The notes under the pieces are model-generated. The model was not told the DNA's origin. It did no database searches and saw only the letters and a list, made by a program, of their open reading frames with translations. A program made the translations under genes and the position numbers. 64,000 bases of DNA from Octopus vulgaris (lineage: Eukaryota), in the NCBI GenBank assembly GCA_951406725.2, contig OX597814.1, forward strand, positions 191,890,001 through 191,954,000. Direction: 5' to 3'. Position 1 is the first letter of the stretch. Each line of letters starts with the position of its first letter. Positions 14,719-29,153 of this stretch are shown here, in pieces.

Positions 14719-15102
14719 TTAAACACTATAAAACCGGCTAAAACCCGAGGTAAAATGAGGTCCGTCACTCAATGTAAATCGCATCTCTCTTCTCTATCCC
14801 TCCCTAATACATTCCACAATTTCAACACAGGTTCCCCAACCTCTCCACTGCATTCTTTATACCCGATTTCAGTAGCCCCATTAACTGTCACGGCACAGGA
14901 ATCCCAGAATAGCTAGTCTACTGCCTAGCTGCTCACACGATCATTTATCCGGAATACTAAGGGAATAATACTGAACTGGGTATGTTCAGACAATTGAACC
15001 GGATTACCGTCATATTGTACCATTTTTAAGAAAGTAAATATTCTCTCATCTTTTGATAATGACATTCCTTTTCATACGTCTGTGTGTGTGTGTGTGTATG
15101 TA

Positions 15103-15167
<65 letters not shown>

Positions 15168-15274
15168 ATTCGTTTTGCAAGATTCTTGATGTGAAATCGT
15201 TTGTTGAAACAGATATTATATTTAGGGACGGTCATTTTACCGATAAGCACACCGCACTGTTTATTTGATCTTCG

Positions 15275-15342
<68 letters not shown>

Positions 15343-15431
15343 TCTTGTCAAAGTTCTTTCGTCACACACACACACACACATACACACACACACATACACG
15401 CACACGCACACACACACACGTATATATATAT

Positions 15432-15662
15432 AAGGCGGTGAGCTGGCAGAAACGTTAGCACACCGGGCGAAATGCTTTGTGGTATTTCGTCCGCCGCTGC
15501 GTTTTGAGTTCAAATTCCGCCGAGGTTGACTTTACCTTTCATCCTTTCGGGGTTGATAAATAAGTAGCAGTTACGCACTGGGGTCGATGTAATCGATTTA
15601 ATAACTTTGTCTGTCCTTGTTTGTCCCTTCTGTGTTTAGCCCCTTGTGGGCAATAAAGAAAT
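15432..15662 (+). mobile_element. tRNA-derived SINE family B monomer (others ~365-565, 9525-9676, 12437-12672, 32443-32674, 36950-37141, 53536-54212, 54794-55008, 57265-57481)
   Basis: Head AGGCGGCGAGCTGGCAGAAACGTTAG, B-box-like GAGTTCAAATTCC, central GCCTTTCATCCTTTCGGGGTCGATAAA. Confidence 0.85.
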
Positions 15663-15663
15663 A

Positions 15664-15757
<94 letters not shown>

Positions 15758-15803
15758 TAATTGTTATCGCCATATTAATATGGCTCATGTGTTTGTAATT
15801 ATA

Positions 15804-15943
<140 letters not shown>

Positions 15944-16868
15944 GTATGTATATATATATATATATATATATAAAAAAGTTGAGTTGTGGGGTATCGCACG
16001 AGTGGGATTATATAAGAAAAAAGGTTTGAAAATGCAATTTAAACGATGTTTATTTACTTAACCGGTTTCACTCTTTGGTAAAAGATTGTCAAAAGTTACA
16101 TTTAAGGAAACATTGAATAATATGGGTTCAAAAAAGTTTTTTACATAATTGTCACATTGAATATTATGCATTCAAAAAAGTTTTTTACATAATTGTCACA
16201 TTGGATATTATGAATTCAAAAATGTTTTTTTATACATAATTGTCACATTACATGTATAAATATAGTGTTTGGTAACAGAGAAGTTCAATAGTGTGATGAG
16301 AATATTTGGGAAAATTTGGCAGAAAAGGATAAAACAAATATATTATTGGGAATTGGTTGCGTTAATTATTGGTTGTCGCAAATTGTCACATTACATGTAT
16401 ATATATACAATCTTTGGTATATATATACAGCGTTTTGACAGCAAAAATTAAAATGGATTTTTTGTACATCTCAGAATATTTTAAGTATGTTTTTACTGAC
16501 CTGTCAGTATTAGCAGAAAGGCTGAACTGAGAGAACAGAAGAAGTAGCCAATGTGGTGTATACTTCCCCTTTATGCATGAATGATTTTGGGGTTATCAGG
16601 AGGTTAGTATGCGGGTGTGAATAGATGTGTCCGTGCCTGCTGGTCAGATAGCGTCTGTTTGTCACACACATATATATACACACAAACACACACACACACA
16701 ACAATACACACACACACACACATAGTATACAAACACACACCACATACAAACAACACACACACACACACAGAACACACACACCCACACACAACGCACCCAC
16801 ATATATCACATATACACACAGCAAACAAATATAACATGTATCTATATATAACATACACAGATATATAA

Positions 16869-16921
<53 letters not shown>

Positions 16922-17728
16922 CACACGCACACATACATACATAATATAAATATCACACAAATACACCTAGCATATATATACACACATACAATACACACAT
17001 ACAGCATGTAAGTAATATACATACACAATATATGCATGCAATATACATACGCAATACATACATATAATATATATATATATAGACAATGCATATACATATA
17101 TACACATATACATATAAATAGTGTTTACATACACATACATAGATGTACCACATATACACACAACACACATACATACAATGCATACACATACACGTACGCA
17201 TACATATAATATATATATACACACACACACACATAACATACATACACACACAATGCATACATATATACACGCAATGCATATACATGTATTCATGCATATA
17301 TAGCACACCTACAATATACATATATACAGTGCACACATACACACAAATATATACACTTAATTGTACACGTACATATACAATACACATACATACAATATAC
17401 ATATACACAATGCGCATGCAAATAATGTACATGTTTATACACACATAAACATGCAAATAAATATACACACACACACATACACACACACACATATATATAC
17501 ACATATATATATATATATATACACACATACATACATACATACATGCACATACATATATTTTTTCACACACATATATATACACACATATATATATATAAAA
17601 AATTCACCACCCCCACACACACAAATTACAAACCTATAGCGTACACACTCAAATATATCTCTACATGCCGCACACACACACAAACAAAGTACTAACATAT
17701 ACACACATACCATGCATATACACACACA

Positions 17729-17769
<41 letters not shown>

Positions 17770-17942
17770 CAGATACATATGTAAATACATACACACGTAC
17801 ACAATGCTCACACACACACACACACACACATACACACACACCCGCACACAGTGCACACACACACACACATATATACACACGTGCACACACACACACACAC
17901 ACAACGCGCGCACACACACATATACACACACACGCACACAGT

Positions 17943-17980
<38 letters not shown>

Positions 17981-18165
17981 CACTCACACACATACATCAC
18001 CTACATATATATAATGCATGCGTGTGCATGCCACGTATGTGTGCGGTCAATGCCCGCTAGTGTGTCCTATGCGTGCCGATGCGCGCATGTGCCCGCCCGC
18101 ACGATATGCTGTGAGCGTGCGCGCGTCCCTGTGTGCTTGCTCTGGATGTGCTTCCAGGGGGTATG

Positions 18166-18592
18166 TTAGAGTATGTTTAGTTGTGGTCTGTATTTTTGAA
18201 TAAGATTACTTTCCTTATTTATTCGTGTTTGGTCTGTGGTGTTGTCCGAGCATTGGTATAGTGGGAAGACTAAGAATTTGGGGGACTTATTGTGTGCACA
18301 AAGGTCTAAGTGTCCACTTAGTGGTATCTGTCTTGTGGAGGGGTCCCTCAGTTGTTGTCGGTGAACTGTCATTCTGTCTCTGAGGGTAAGGCTCGTTTGC
18401 CCTATGTAGTCTTCGTGGCATCCTTCACACCTTATGACGTAGAGTAAATTTTTTGATGCGCACGTGAAGTTATTTTTTATGATGAATGTGTGTCCCGAGT
18501 GGAACTTGTACGACGATCCCTCAATGAGGTGGATGCAGGTCTTACAGTTGGGGCGACCACATTTTTTGATGGTGGGCGGTGGGTTTGTGTTG
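18166..18592 (-). pseudogene. Mirror copy of the PLE GIY-YIG endonuclease
   Basis: Same protein on minus strand, one aa difference (LYVIRC vs LYAIRC). Confidence 0.88.
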
Positions 18593-19117
18593 AAACTGAT
18601 GCCCTTGCCTAAAAAAAATAATAATAAAATAATAAAAAGTAAGAGACAACCTAAATCCCTAAAAAACCTCCTCACCAACGCAAAATTACACAACACAAAC
18701 CCACCGCCCACCATCAAAAAATGTGGTCGCCCCAACTGTAAGACCTGCATCCACCTCATTGAGGGATCGTCGTACAAGTTCCACTCGGGACACACATTCA
18801 TCATAAAAAATAACTTCACGTGCGCATCCAAAAATTTACTCTACGCCATAAGGTGTGAAGGATGCCACGAAGACTACATAGGGCAAACGAGCCTTACCCT
18901 CAGAGACAGAATGACAGTTCACCGACAACAACTGAGGGACCCCTCCACAAGACAGATACCACTAAGTGGACACTTAGACCTTTGTGCACACAATAAGTCC
19001 CCCAAATTCTTAGTCTTCCCACTATACCAATGCTCGGACAACACCACAGACCAAACACGAATAAATAAGGAAAGTAATCTTATTCAAAAATACAGACCAC
19101 AACTAAACATACTCTAA
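18593..19117 (+). pseudogene. PLE C-terminal GIY-YIG endonuclease with Cys-rich linker (5'-truncated, no RT)
   Basis: KRQPKSLKNLL...CGRPNCKTC...FTCASKNLLYAIRCEGCHEDYIGQT...RMTVH...LSGH...KESNLIQKYRPQLN*: GIY-YIG motifs plus the Cys linker typical of Neptune-group PLEs. Confidence 0.88.
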
Positions 19118-19293
19118 CATACCCCCTGGAAGCACATCCAGAGCAAGCACACAGGGACGCGCGCACGCTCACAGCATATCGTGCGGGCGGGCACATGCGC
19201 GCATCGGCACGCATAGGACACACTAGCGGGCATTGACCGCACACATACGTGGCATGCACACGCATGCATTATATATATGTAGGTGATGTATGT

Positions 19294-19337
<44 letters not shown>

Positions 19338-19506
19338 ACTATGTGCGTGTGTGTGTATATGTGTGTGTGCGCGCGTTGTGTGTGTGTGTGTGTGTGCACG
19401 TGTGTATATATGTGTGTGTGTGCACTGTGTGCGGGTGTGTGTGTATGTGTGTGTGTGTGTGTGTGTGTAGCATTGTGTACGTGTGTATGTATTTACATAT
19501 GTATCT

Positions 19507-19558
<52 letters not shown>

Positions 19559-20357
19559 ATATGCATGGTATGTGTGTATATGTTAGTACTTTGTTTGTGT
19601 GTGTGTGCGGCATGTAGAGATATATTTGAGTGTGTACGCTATAGGTTTGTAATTTGTGTGTGTGGGGGGTGGTGAATTTTTTATATATATATATGTGTGT
19701 GTATGTGTGTGAAAAAATATATGTATGTGCATGTATGTATGTATGTATGTGTGTATATATATATATATATATATGTGTATATATATGTGTGTGTGTGTAT
19801 GTGTGTGTGTGTATATTTATTTGCATGTTTATGTGTGTATAAACATGTACATTATTTGCATGCGCATTGTGTATATGTATATTGTATGTATGTGTATTGT
19901 ATATGTACGTGTACAATTAAGTGTATATATTTGTGTGTATGTGTGCACTGTATATATGTATATTGTAGGTGTGCTATATATGCATGAATACATGTATATG
20001 CATTGCGTGTATATATATGTATGCATTGTGTGTGTATGTATGTTATGTGTGTGTGTGTGTATATATATATTATATGTATGCGTACGTGTATGTGTATGCA
20101 TTGTATGTATGTGTGTTGTGTGTATATGTGGTACATCTATGTATGTGTATGTAAACACTATTTATATGTATATGTGTATATATGTATATGCATTGTCTAT
20201 ATATATATATATTATATGTATGTATTGCGTATGTATATTGCATGCATATATTGTGTATGTATATTACTTACATGCTGTATGTGTGTATTGTATGTGTGTA
20301 TATATATGCTAGGTGTATTTGTGTGATATTTATATTATGTATGTATGTGTGCGTGTG

Positions 20358-20416
<59 letters not shown>

Positions 20417-21189
20417 TTATATATCTGTGTATGTTATATATAGATACATGTTATATTTGTTTGCTGTGTGTATATGTGATATATGTGGGTGCGTTGTGTG
20501 TGGGTGTGTGTGTTCTGTGTGTGTGTGTGTGTTGTTTGTATGTGGTGTGTGTTTGTATACTATGTGTGTGTGTGTGTGTATTGTTGTGTGTGTGTGTGTT
20601 TGTGTGTATATATATGTGTGTGACAAACAGACGCTATCTGACCAGCAGGCACGGACACATCTATTCACACCCGCATACTAACCTCCTGATAACCCCAAAA
20701 TCATTCATGCATAAAGGGGAAGTATACACCACATTGGCTACTTCTTCTGTTCTCTCAGTTCAGCCTTTCTGCTAATACTGACAGGTCAGTAAAAACATAC
20801 TTAAAATATTCTGAGATGTACAAAAAATCCATTTTAATTTTTGCTGTCAAAACGCTGTATATATATACCAAAGATTGTATATATATACATGTAATGTGAC
20901 AATTTGCGACAACCAATAATTAACGCAACCAATTCCCAATAATATATTTGTTTTATCCTTTTCTGCCAAATTTTCCCAAATATTCTCATCACACTATTGA
21001 ACTTCTCTGTTACCAAACACTATATTTATACATGTAATGTGACAATTATGTATAAAAAAACATTTTTGAATTCATAATATCCAATGTGACAATTATGTAA
21101 AAAACTTTTTTGAATGCATAATATTCAATGTGACAATTATGTAAAAAACTTTTTTTGAACCCATATTATTCAATGTTTCCTTAAATGTA

Positions 21190-21230
21190 ACTTTTGACAA
21201 TCTTTTACCAAAGAGTGAAACCGGTTAAGT
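21190..21230 (+). ncRNA. Minimal type I hammerhead, U3-A8 variant (mirror at 16056-16096 -)
   Basis: ACTT-TTGACAA-TCTTT(TACC)AAAGA-GT-GAAA-CCGG-TT-AAGT. Confidence 0.55.
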
Positions 21231-21269
21231 AAATAAACATCGTTTAAATTGCATTTTCAAACCGTTTTT

Positions 21270-21414
<145 letters not shown>

Positions 21415-23445
21415 GTATATATATATATGTATATGTATATGTAGATTTAATTACAAACACATGAGCCTGCGCACGCATGTACGCACAGACGTCACACTTT
21501 AACTTTAATATAAATATCTCCCCCACCACTAAAAAAAAAAGAAGGAAAAGAAAACTGAATTATAATTACGGTATACACGGCATACACAATGCATACGAAC
21601 TTATATATATACAGACTAGAATAATTTTGAATTTGTCATATCGCCAACAGAAAAACAAAAAGGTAAATAAAAGTTGTGTTTCCATAATTTTGTCCAACTC
21701 CAGTATGTACATCGGGAATTGGGAAGATCAATATAATTTTCTTCGTTCAAAGCCTGCTCATTCTTTTCCCTTTTTCTTTTTCATTTTTCAACAACTATTA
21801 TGGAGACCGTACGCAGCCCATTGTATCAGTTGCGTTCTCATGCATTATATTCAATGAAAGTCATTGCCAATGAAACAATCGTTTGCAAAACCCGTCTGTT
21901 GTTCTGATGAGTCTTCTGCAGTTTATAATCAATTACTTCACGTGATTATGCCATATGTGCTTGAGGACTTCAATACCGTGGCTTGAAATTCATTGTTCAT
22001 TGCTATCTGGTTGTATTGCTGTTTTTGATTTGCTCAGGCGTAAGTGCAGGTGCATACACGTACATGTATGCACACACTAACTCGACCACATATTTACAAA
22101 CCCCGGGAATTTACCTTGACTCAAAAAGTCTTGTCACTTTGTTAGCGGTCGGCTTGAACTCCATTAAGAACCTTAAATCTCAAGCAAAACAATGCATACA
22201 TACATATATACATACATGGTGGCTGCCCCCTCGTTATCGAGTATGGCCATTACACGAAGCTTAATCAATGTTGTTATCATGCAATGCCTGTGCAAGAAGA
22301 TTTTTTTTTAAGTGAGGAAAGGCTGTGCACTGAGTCAATCCCACTCACTAAGCAACAGCGGCCATAATCCGAAAAGAAGAACAAGTCAACATCATCGGTA
22401 ACCACTGAGCCGCAGGTTTTATGTCGGAGTTATCCCAGTTACCTGAGTTACCTTCTCCTAGAAGGATGCCCTAACAAAGGCTGGGAGTCCTTCACTCCCA
22501 ATGGTTTAACCGCGCGATCGGGTATTCAGTCCGATTATTTCTATGTCCCCGCGCATGATACAGCCTTAAGACATATTTATTGGATGGCCGTTGACTCTCA
22601 AGAGTTCTTCCGCCTTTTGACGGGTTTTGTTTTTCATCCCGCAGGGTGTCCAATAAACACCCTCCTCACCAAGCAAGCATGGTGGGGTTTCCAGTTTAGT
22701 CGCCGACGACCCGACCATGCAACAGGTTGTACTGGGTTACATGTTACCAGTAGCACTCGAAAGTGACCTGACATAACACATACATACATACATACATACA
22801 TGCATGCATACATACATACACACATAATACATACATATATATATATACATGCGTACCCACGTACAGACACATGTTTCTCTGGTTGGAATTTAGACAGGAA
22901 TTTAAACAGTAGTAACAGGGTATGTGTGTATACAGCGTATACAGAATGTGACAAGGATGGCCTTTTGAAATAAAGGTACAACTCATTTTTCCAATTGAGT
23001 GGACTGGAGCAATGTGAAATAAAGTGTCTTGCTCAAGGATGCAACGTACCGCCGGGAACTGAACTCACGACCTTACGATCGTGAACCAAATAACCCAGCC
23101 ACTAAGCCATGCACCTTCACACACACTCGCACACATGCACGCACGTACGCACACACATTTTAAGAATGTAATTCACAATATAGGCAGGCGAATCGCCTCG
23201 TTATCAGTTGATGAAGTGGCCTCCAATGTGGCCTCACTATCTACAAAGGTGTCTTTAGGAGTATCGAGTCCTTAGAGTAAATCCTTTATGTGAGAACTAA
23301 CAAAATAGCCTCAGGAAATCTCGTAAAACTAGATCTAGAAAGGTTCATATGGTTCAATACATTGACATTTACATATCCGTTATGCTTAAGTGAGAAATAT
23401 CTTATCACGTTTCAAGACAAATCAGTTTTAAACTAAATGTCTGAA

Positions 23446-23634
23446 CAGTTCTATATTTAAGAGATGAGGAATTATGTACATTATTTATATTATTTACAAT
23501 TGACAGATATTTGTCCTCATCTTGTTTGTTGTTAACACAATGTTTCGGCTGATATACCCTCCAGCCTTCATCAGGTGTCTTGGGGAAATTTCGAACCTGG
23601 GTTCTCGTTCCTAAGGTATTTTTCGATGTTGTTG

Positions 23635-23675
<41 letters not shown>

Positions 23676-23810
23676 ACCACTACGGCATATGGCGTAGTGG
23701 TTAAGAACGCGGGCTACTAACCCCAAGATTCCGAGTTCGATTCCAGGCAGTGACCTGAATAACAACAACAACAACATCGAAAAATACCATAGGAATGAGA
23801 ACCCAGGTTC
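23446..23810. mobile_element. Second copy of the tRNA-like/HHR PLE tail, fold-back arrangement
   Basis: Minus arm 23446-23640 with HHR; plus arm 23684-23810 with A-box TGGCGTAGTGG, B-box AGTTCGATTCC and an inverted copy of 23593-23640. Confidence 0.72.
23535..23578 (-). ncRNA. Minimal type I hammerhead
   Basis: ACAC-CTGATGA-A-GGCTG(GAGGGTATAT)CAGCC-GAAA-CA-TT-GTGT. Confidence 0.65.
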
Positions 23811-25074
23811 ATTCCTGAATTATTGAACAGTTGCAGACAGTCTTGAAAGTTCTTGATTTCGAGACCACTTCCACTGAACAGATGATGTGCTGAGCCATTC
23901 CTCTGCTTTGTATCACAATTTGTTACTATAATAATCATTATTATTTGGAATAAGTTGGCCGTTTTCTTGTTTTATTTTCGATCTCTTGATTCCTTTTTGG
24001 TCGTCGAATTCAGCCTTTATATATACCTTATGTAACGATTTGTATGTACTCAATAGAAAAATATTAATTGAAAGTTGATATGTCTCTTTGTTTAGTCGTT
24101 ACAAAATAAGATACAACTTCTTCGAGTTGCTGTACAATTATTATCTGCAGCTCTGTTATCCATTCTGTAGGTAGTTAAGTTCATCTTTTGCTGACTGCTA
24201 GAAGAACGGATGAACGGAGATAGAAACAGTAAAAGAATTTAGACAAGCAATGAGGGTAAAAGTTGTGTAATCGCGCGGTGGCAATCTATACGGAACGTGC
24301 TCATTGGCCAGGGGCCAAGCGAAAGAGGTAGAATTGCTTTTGGGTTCCATATTCATGCTGTTTTTTTTTCTTACTAAATTAGCTCAGGTTAAAAAAAGGA
24401 TTTTCTATATCTGCCTGAACCCTATTCGACCCCAAAATATTAACTCAAACAATAGATCTTAATTAGGTGTGACAGTTGGCTCTCATAAATTTCTAAGTGC
24501 AAAAATCAAGAGAAATACGAAAGAATTCGTAGAATTTTTTTAATTCTCCGTTTTTCTGTCCTTTTCTATGTACTTCATGTTCTTTCAAACTTTTTAAAAC
24601 CGTATCTCGTCTGATTATTATTATTGTTCATTGAAGTATTGACCAACAAATGTTAACTGTATCTAAATTATAATTGTTTCTAATTCAGATACAAAGCCAG
24701 TAGTTTTGACAGGAGAAGGTTAGTCCCAGTATCTGGCTGGTAGTTTATTTAATCTAGTTTCAGCGGGATTTGAACTCAAAATGCGAAGAGCCGGAGCAAA
24801 TACCGCATGGCAATTTTGTCCAACGCTCTCACGATTCATCCACACCGCCGTTCTACTGCATTTCAGTTATAATAACAGCGTGTGTGTATAAGGTTAAGTA
24901 TTCGTTTGTTAACTTAATCAGCTTATCGAATTATTTAGACACTACTGTCCCTCGGTCAACTGTTCCTATTCCGTCACTGGCGTCTGTATGGGAATCTTGA
25001 GGAATACTCACTTCTCTTAGCAGTAAATCGTTCCTGTATCTGGTACACCCTGAGAAAATATAGCCAATATTGTT

Positions 25075-25284
25075 TGATGGAGCTGGGGTCATTTCCTAGG
25101 GCCGTCATCATGCGTAGAACCAACCAGATCCACCAGCGCTCTCCATTACTGGCGGTCCCGTGCCAGCCCCTCTGCATCCTCCCTAGTGACGTCGAGTCTC
25201 CGAAGATCCTCTCCAATCACGTCCAGCCATCTGGTGCGAGGCCTGACACGAGGCCCCTTCTAGCCCGCAACTGCTGCGTGGAAT
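25075..25284 (-). mobile_element. RTE-like LINE C-terminal fragment
   Basis: Reads RPRTRWLDVIGEDLRRLDVTREDAEGLARDRQ*WRALV. Confidence 0.65.
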
Positions 25285-25432
25285 GAGAGAGTACATAGTA
25301 CAACAACTCGAAGAAGTACAAAGATTGATACCAGTTAATGATATTTTTTCCCCTACAATGAGTTATTAAAGTACAAAAAACTGACACAAATAACGTGCAG
25401 CTGTATTTATACTTCATTATAATTAACTATAG

Positions 25433-25680
25433 TGGAGGCGCGTGGCTTAGTGGTTAGGGTGTTAGAAGCATGATCGTAAGATTGTGGTTTCGATTCCTGG
25501 GCCGGGCGGCACGTTGTGTTCTTGAGCAAGACACTTCCTTTCACGCTGCTCCAGTCAACTCAGCTGCCAAAAATGAGTAACGCTGCGATGGAGTGGCATC
25601 CAGTCCAGCTGGGGAACACATACGCCATAGAAACTGGGAAACCGGGCCCATGAGCCGGGCTAGGCTTTAAAAGGGCGCAT
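25433..25680 (+). mobile_element. tRNA-derived SINE family C (others ~7862-8100, 22885-23117, 27945-28185, 35990-36306, 36457-36703, 38897-39130, 52825-53150)
   Basis: GGAGGCGCGTGGCTTAGTGGTTAG..GGTTTCGATTCC head and shared TTGAGCAAGACAC..TGCTCCAGT..ACTCAGCTG core with differing tails. Confidence 0.8.
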
Positions 25681-25685
25681 TTATT

Positions 25686-26112
25686 GGATCTTTTCGGTTT
25701 GATCGGCAGTTTTTTCTAGCGGTGTCATATGAAATTGTCACCCATAATTATGACCCTAGTATCGATCTATTGCATTTCAATCTCTTTTAGGGTTAGGGTT
25801 AGGGTTAGGGGTGGGGGGGAAGGGTATCTTTTTTTCTTCAGAAATGTAAATAATCCCGATCTGTTTCTTAAACGAGGGACATATTCATACGGCACAGAAT
25901 GTTTTTTTTACCTCAATAGACGTCAGTGATTGGTTGAAATTGCAGAAATTGAAGAAAAAGAACAACAAATATCTTACAAACTATAGAATTTTCTCAATAA
26001 AGCCAAGAGAAAAATATTTTTTATAAACACATTCTACCAGTATACGAAGTTTAAAAGTGTTTTGTTACGTGGAAATTATTTAAAAAAACTGCCGTTCAAA
26101 CCGAAAAGATCC
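25686..26112. mobile_element. MITE with GGATC TIRs and 8-bp TSD (Merlin-like), containing (TTAGGG)4
   Basis: TIR GGATCTTTTCGGTTTGATCGGCAGTTTTTT / AAAAAACTGCCGTTCAAACCGAAAAGATCC; perfect TSD CATTTATT. Confidence 0.85.
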
Positions 26113-26775
26113 CATTTATTATATTATAATTAACTAAAAATTTCCTTCGATTTGTTTTTGTCAAAATTTTCTGTTTGTTGTTTGTTCTATATAAAGTTGT
26201 TTACAAAAATAAAAACGGCTAAAATCTGATATGCATTTTGATCAATTAAATGTTTCTTTTTATTTCAATATTGTTTTACTTTCTTTCACATCATTTCAAT
26301 GAAACAATATATTACGCATTCAGGACATAAAATATCGAGTCACGAAGTGTAGTATACGTTTCCCGTAATTTTTGATTCAGTGTTGTTCGTCCTCTGAGCC
26401 GCCTTATGAAGTCACAAGGCTTCTTGGTTTATTACCAACGGTAACGTATGGTTGGATGAATTACTACGCCTTTTTTTTGCGTCATTAATGACGCAAGTGA
26501 ATGGATACAGCAACAGTCAGACACCGGAGAAGAGAGACAGATTCTGTGATTCTGTTCCCCGTGAAGGTTCTTGTATCAACACGACAGCCGATGAAAATGA
26601 TAGCAAAATGTGTGTGTGTGTGTGTGTGTGTATCTGTGTGTGTGTGTGTAATTGAAATAGGTTAATAATGCAATCAAGCTTAGCTACACGTCTAAGAAAC
26701 AAATTATATTGGTTAATTGGCAGAAAAGCTAAAGATAGGTGCAATTAGAAGAAAATGGTATCATTTTATATATGA

Positions 26776-26819
26776 TACATACATACATACATACATACAT
26801 ACGTACATACGTACATACA

Positions 26820-26850
<31 letters not shown>

Positions 26851-27582
26851 GCATACATATATACATACATACATACATACATACATACATACATACATAC
26901 AACATACATACATACATACATACATACGTACGTACATACGTACATACGTACATACATACATATATACATACATACATACATACGTACATACATACATACG
27001 TACATACATACATACATACATACATACATACATACATACATACATACATACATACATAGTACATACGTACATACATACGTACATACATACGTACATACGT
27101 ACATTCATACATTCATACATACATACATACATACATACATACATACATACATACATACATACATACATACATACATACATACATACATACATACATACAT
27201 ACATACATACATACATACATACGTACGTACGTATATACATACATACATACGTACATACGTACATACATACGTACATACATATATACATACATACATACAT
27301 ACGTACATACATACATACATACGTACATACGTACATACATACGTACATACATACATACGTACATACGTACATACGTACGTACGTACATACGTACATACAT
27401 ACATACATACGTACATACGTACATACATACGTACATACGTACATACATACATACGTACATACATACATACATACATACATACGTACGTACGTACATACAT
27501 ACATACATACATACATACATACATACATACATACATACATACATACATACATACATACATACATACATACATACATACGTAC
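26776..27582. repeat. ~800-bp (CATA/CGTA)n array
   Basis: Seen directly. Confidence 0.95.
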
Positions 27583-28458
27583 GTGCGTGCGAGCGAGTAT
27601 GCGATACAATGTCGAATTGTAATAAAAAGTATTCAACATTAAGCTGAAGGATTACTCAAAACTTTTTGTAGGGTACATATTTATAAGAAGTGAAAAATGT
27701 GCACGCTCAAAAGGGTTATAGAATGTAATAATAAACCTTAAAAAGTAGGGGACTAGCATTGTTCCTCAAAAATATTGGAATCACTCTATGTTGTACATTC
27801 TGTGGCATCTTAAAACGAAAAGTGACTCGTGTGTGAATTACGATGTCACGATAATTATTAAACCGAGTTCTTAATATAAAAATTTGAAAATGTACAAAAT
27901 ATGATCTTTAACTTCGAATAAGTAAATTCATTATAATACTCGGATCTCTTGAGCAAGACACTTTATTTCACGTTGCTCCAGTCCACTCAGCTGGAACAAT
28001 GAGTTGTATCTGTATTTCAAAGGGTCACCCTTGTCACATTCTGTGTTACGTTGTATCTCTTTGAGAACAATGTTAAGGGTGCACGTGTCTGTGGAGTACT
28101 CAGCCACTTGCACACTGATTTCACAAGCAGGCTGTTCTGTTGATCGGATCAACTGGAAACCCCGTCATCGTAACTTCACGGGATACCAGTTTGAATCATA
28201 GTTCTCTAGTACAATAGTCGCATTTATCAATCGATCTCAAACCTTTTAGGTCAAATTCCTTCATTCGCAACCAGTACGGTTTAGCGCCGAATAAGATAAA
28301 TGGAACAATTCTCTTCTTTACTTCATTGAATCAGTCGAATATGGGATCGATTTGGTAAACGTGATTATTGTTCGAGGGAAATATAATTCTAAATCTTTAT
28401 CGAAAACGCTTGTAAACTAGCTTGAGTAAAAAGTATAGATATGAACTACCCTTGTGCC

Positions 28459-28498
<40 letters not shown>

Positions 28499-29153
28499 AC
28501 ACACACGTGACCTCCATAACCATAAGAAAGTAATCATGAAGAAGTCCTGGTCACCCTCAATTACAAACGATCAGTCCAGAGCCGAGTGTGCTCTGAATCT
28601 TATACAATAAATTGTTCAGTGTTGATACTCCAATTAAATAGAGTGGTCCTTCACTTTTATTTATTTACTTATTTATTTGTTTATTTATTTTCTTAATAGG
28701 CTTAACTTGTCATTTTGACACGTTGTAAGATTTACTCAAGAACTTACAGTTTCGTGTTACTTCTCTTATTAATAAAACCAAACTGCGCTCTCCCACCTCA
28801 CTCTCTATCGCTCTCTCTCCCGTGTATTCTTTTATTCTTATACTTGTTGCAGTCATGTGGCTGCGGCCATGCTGGGGCGCCGCATTTAGTCGAACAGATC
28901 GAACCCCAGGACTTGCTCTTTGTAAACCTGGTATTTAACCAGTCGGTCTCTTTTGCGAAACCTCTAAGTTACGGGACGTAAACACACCAGCATCGGTTGT
29001 CAAGCGATGGTGGGGGGACAAACGCAGACACACTCAAATATATACATATATACGTTACACCGCAATAATATATGTATAAAAAATATATATAAAAATACAA
29101 AATGGGACAAGAACGCAAAACACTCAAAGAGACGACACAAAAAACGGACGGGT

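Noticed and set aside
18464-18592. Apparent N-terminus of the 217-aa and 221-aa ORFs
   Set aside because: Antisense read-through of the opposite palindrome arm; the true ORF is 5'-truncated.
19118-19270. GC-rich stretch after the PLE stop as a SECIS element
   Set aside because: ORF ends in TAA with no in-frame TGA, and no SECIS core is recognisable.
16510-20775. Many long ORFs rich in CV/YI/HT/MYVC
   Set aside because: Translations of (TG)/(TA)/(CATA) microsatellites; same for 26717-27639, 42069-42761 and similar.
21865-21920. GAAA...CTGATGA near 21905 as a hammerhead
   Set aside because: No consistent stems could be formed.
25433-25505. tRNA-like heads as tRNA genes (also 23684, 34435, 38897)
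   Set aside because: No full cloverleaf; they continue into repeat bodies.
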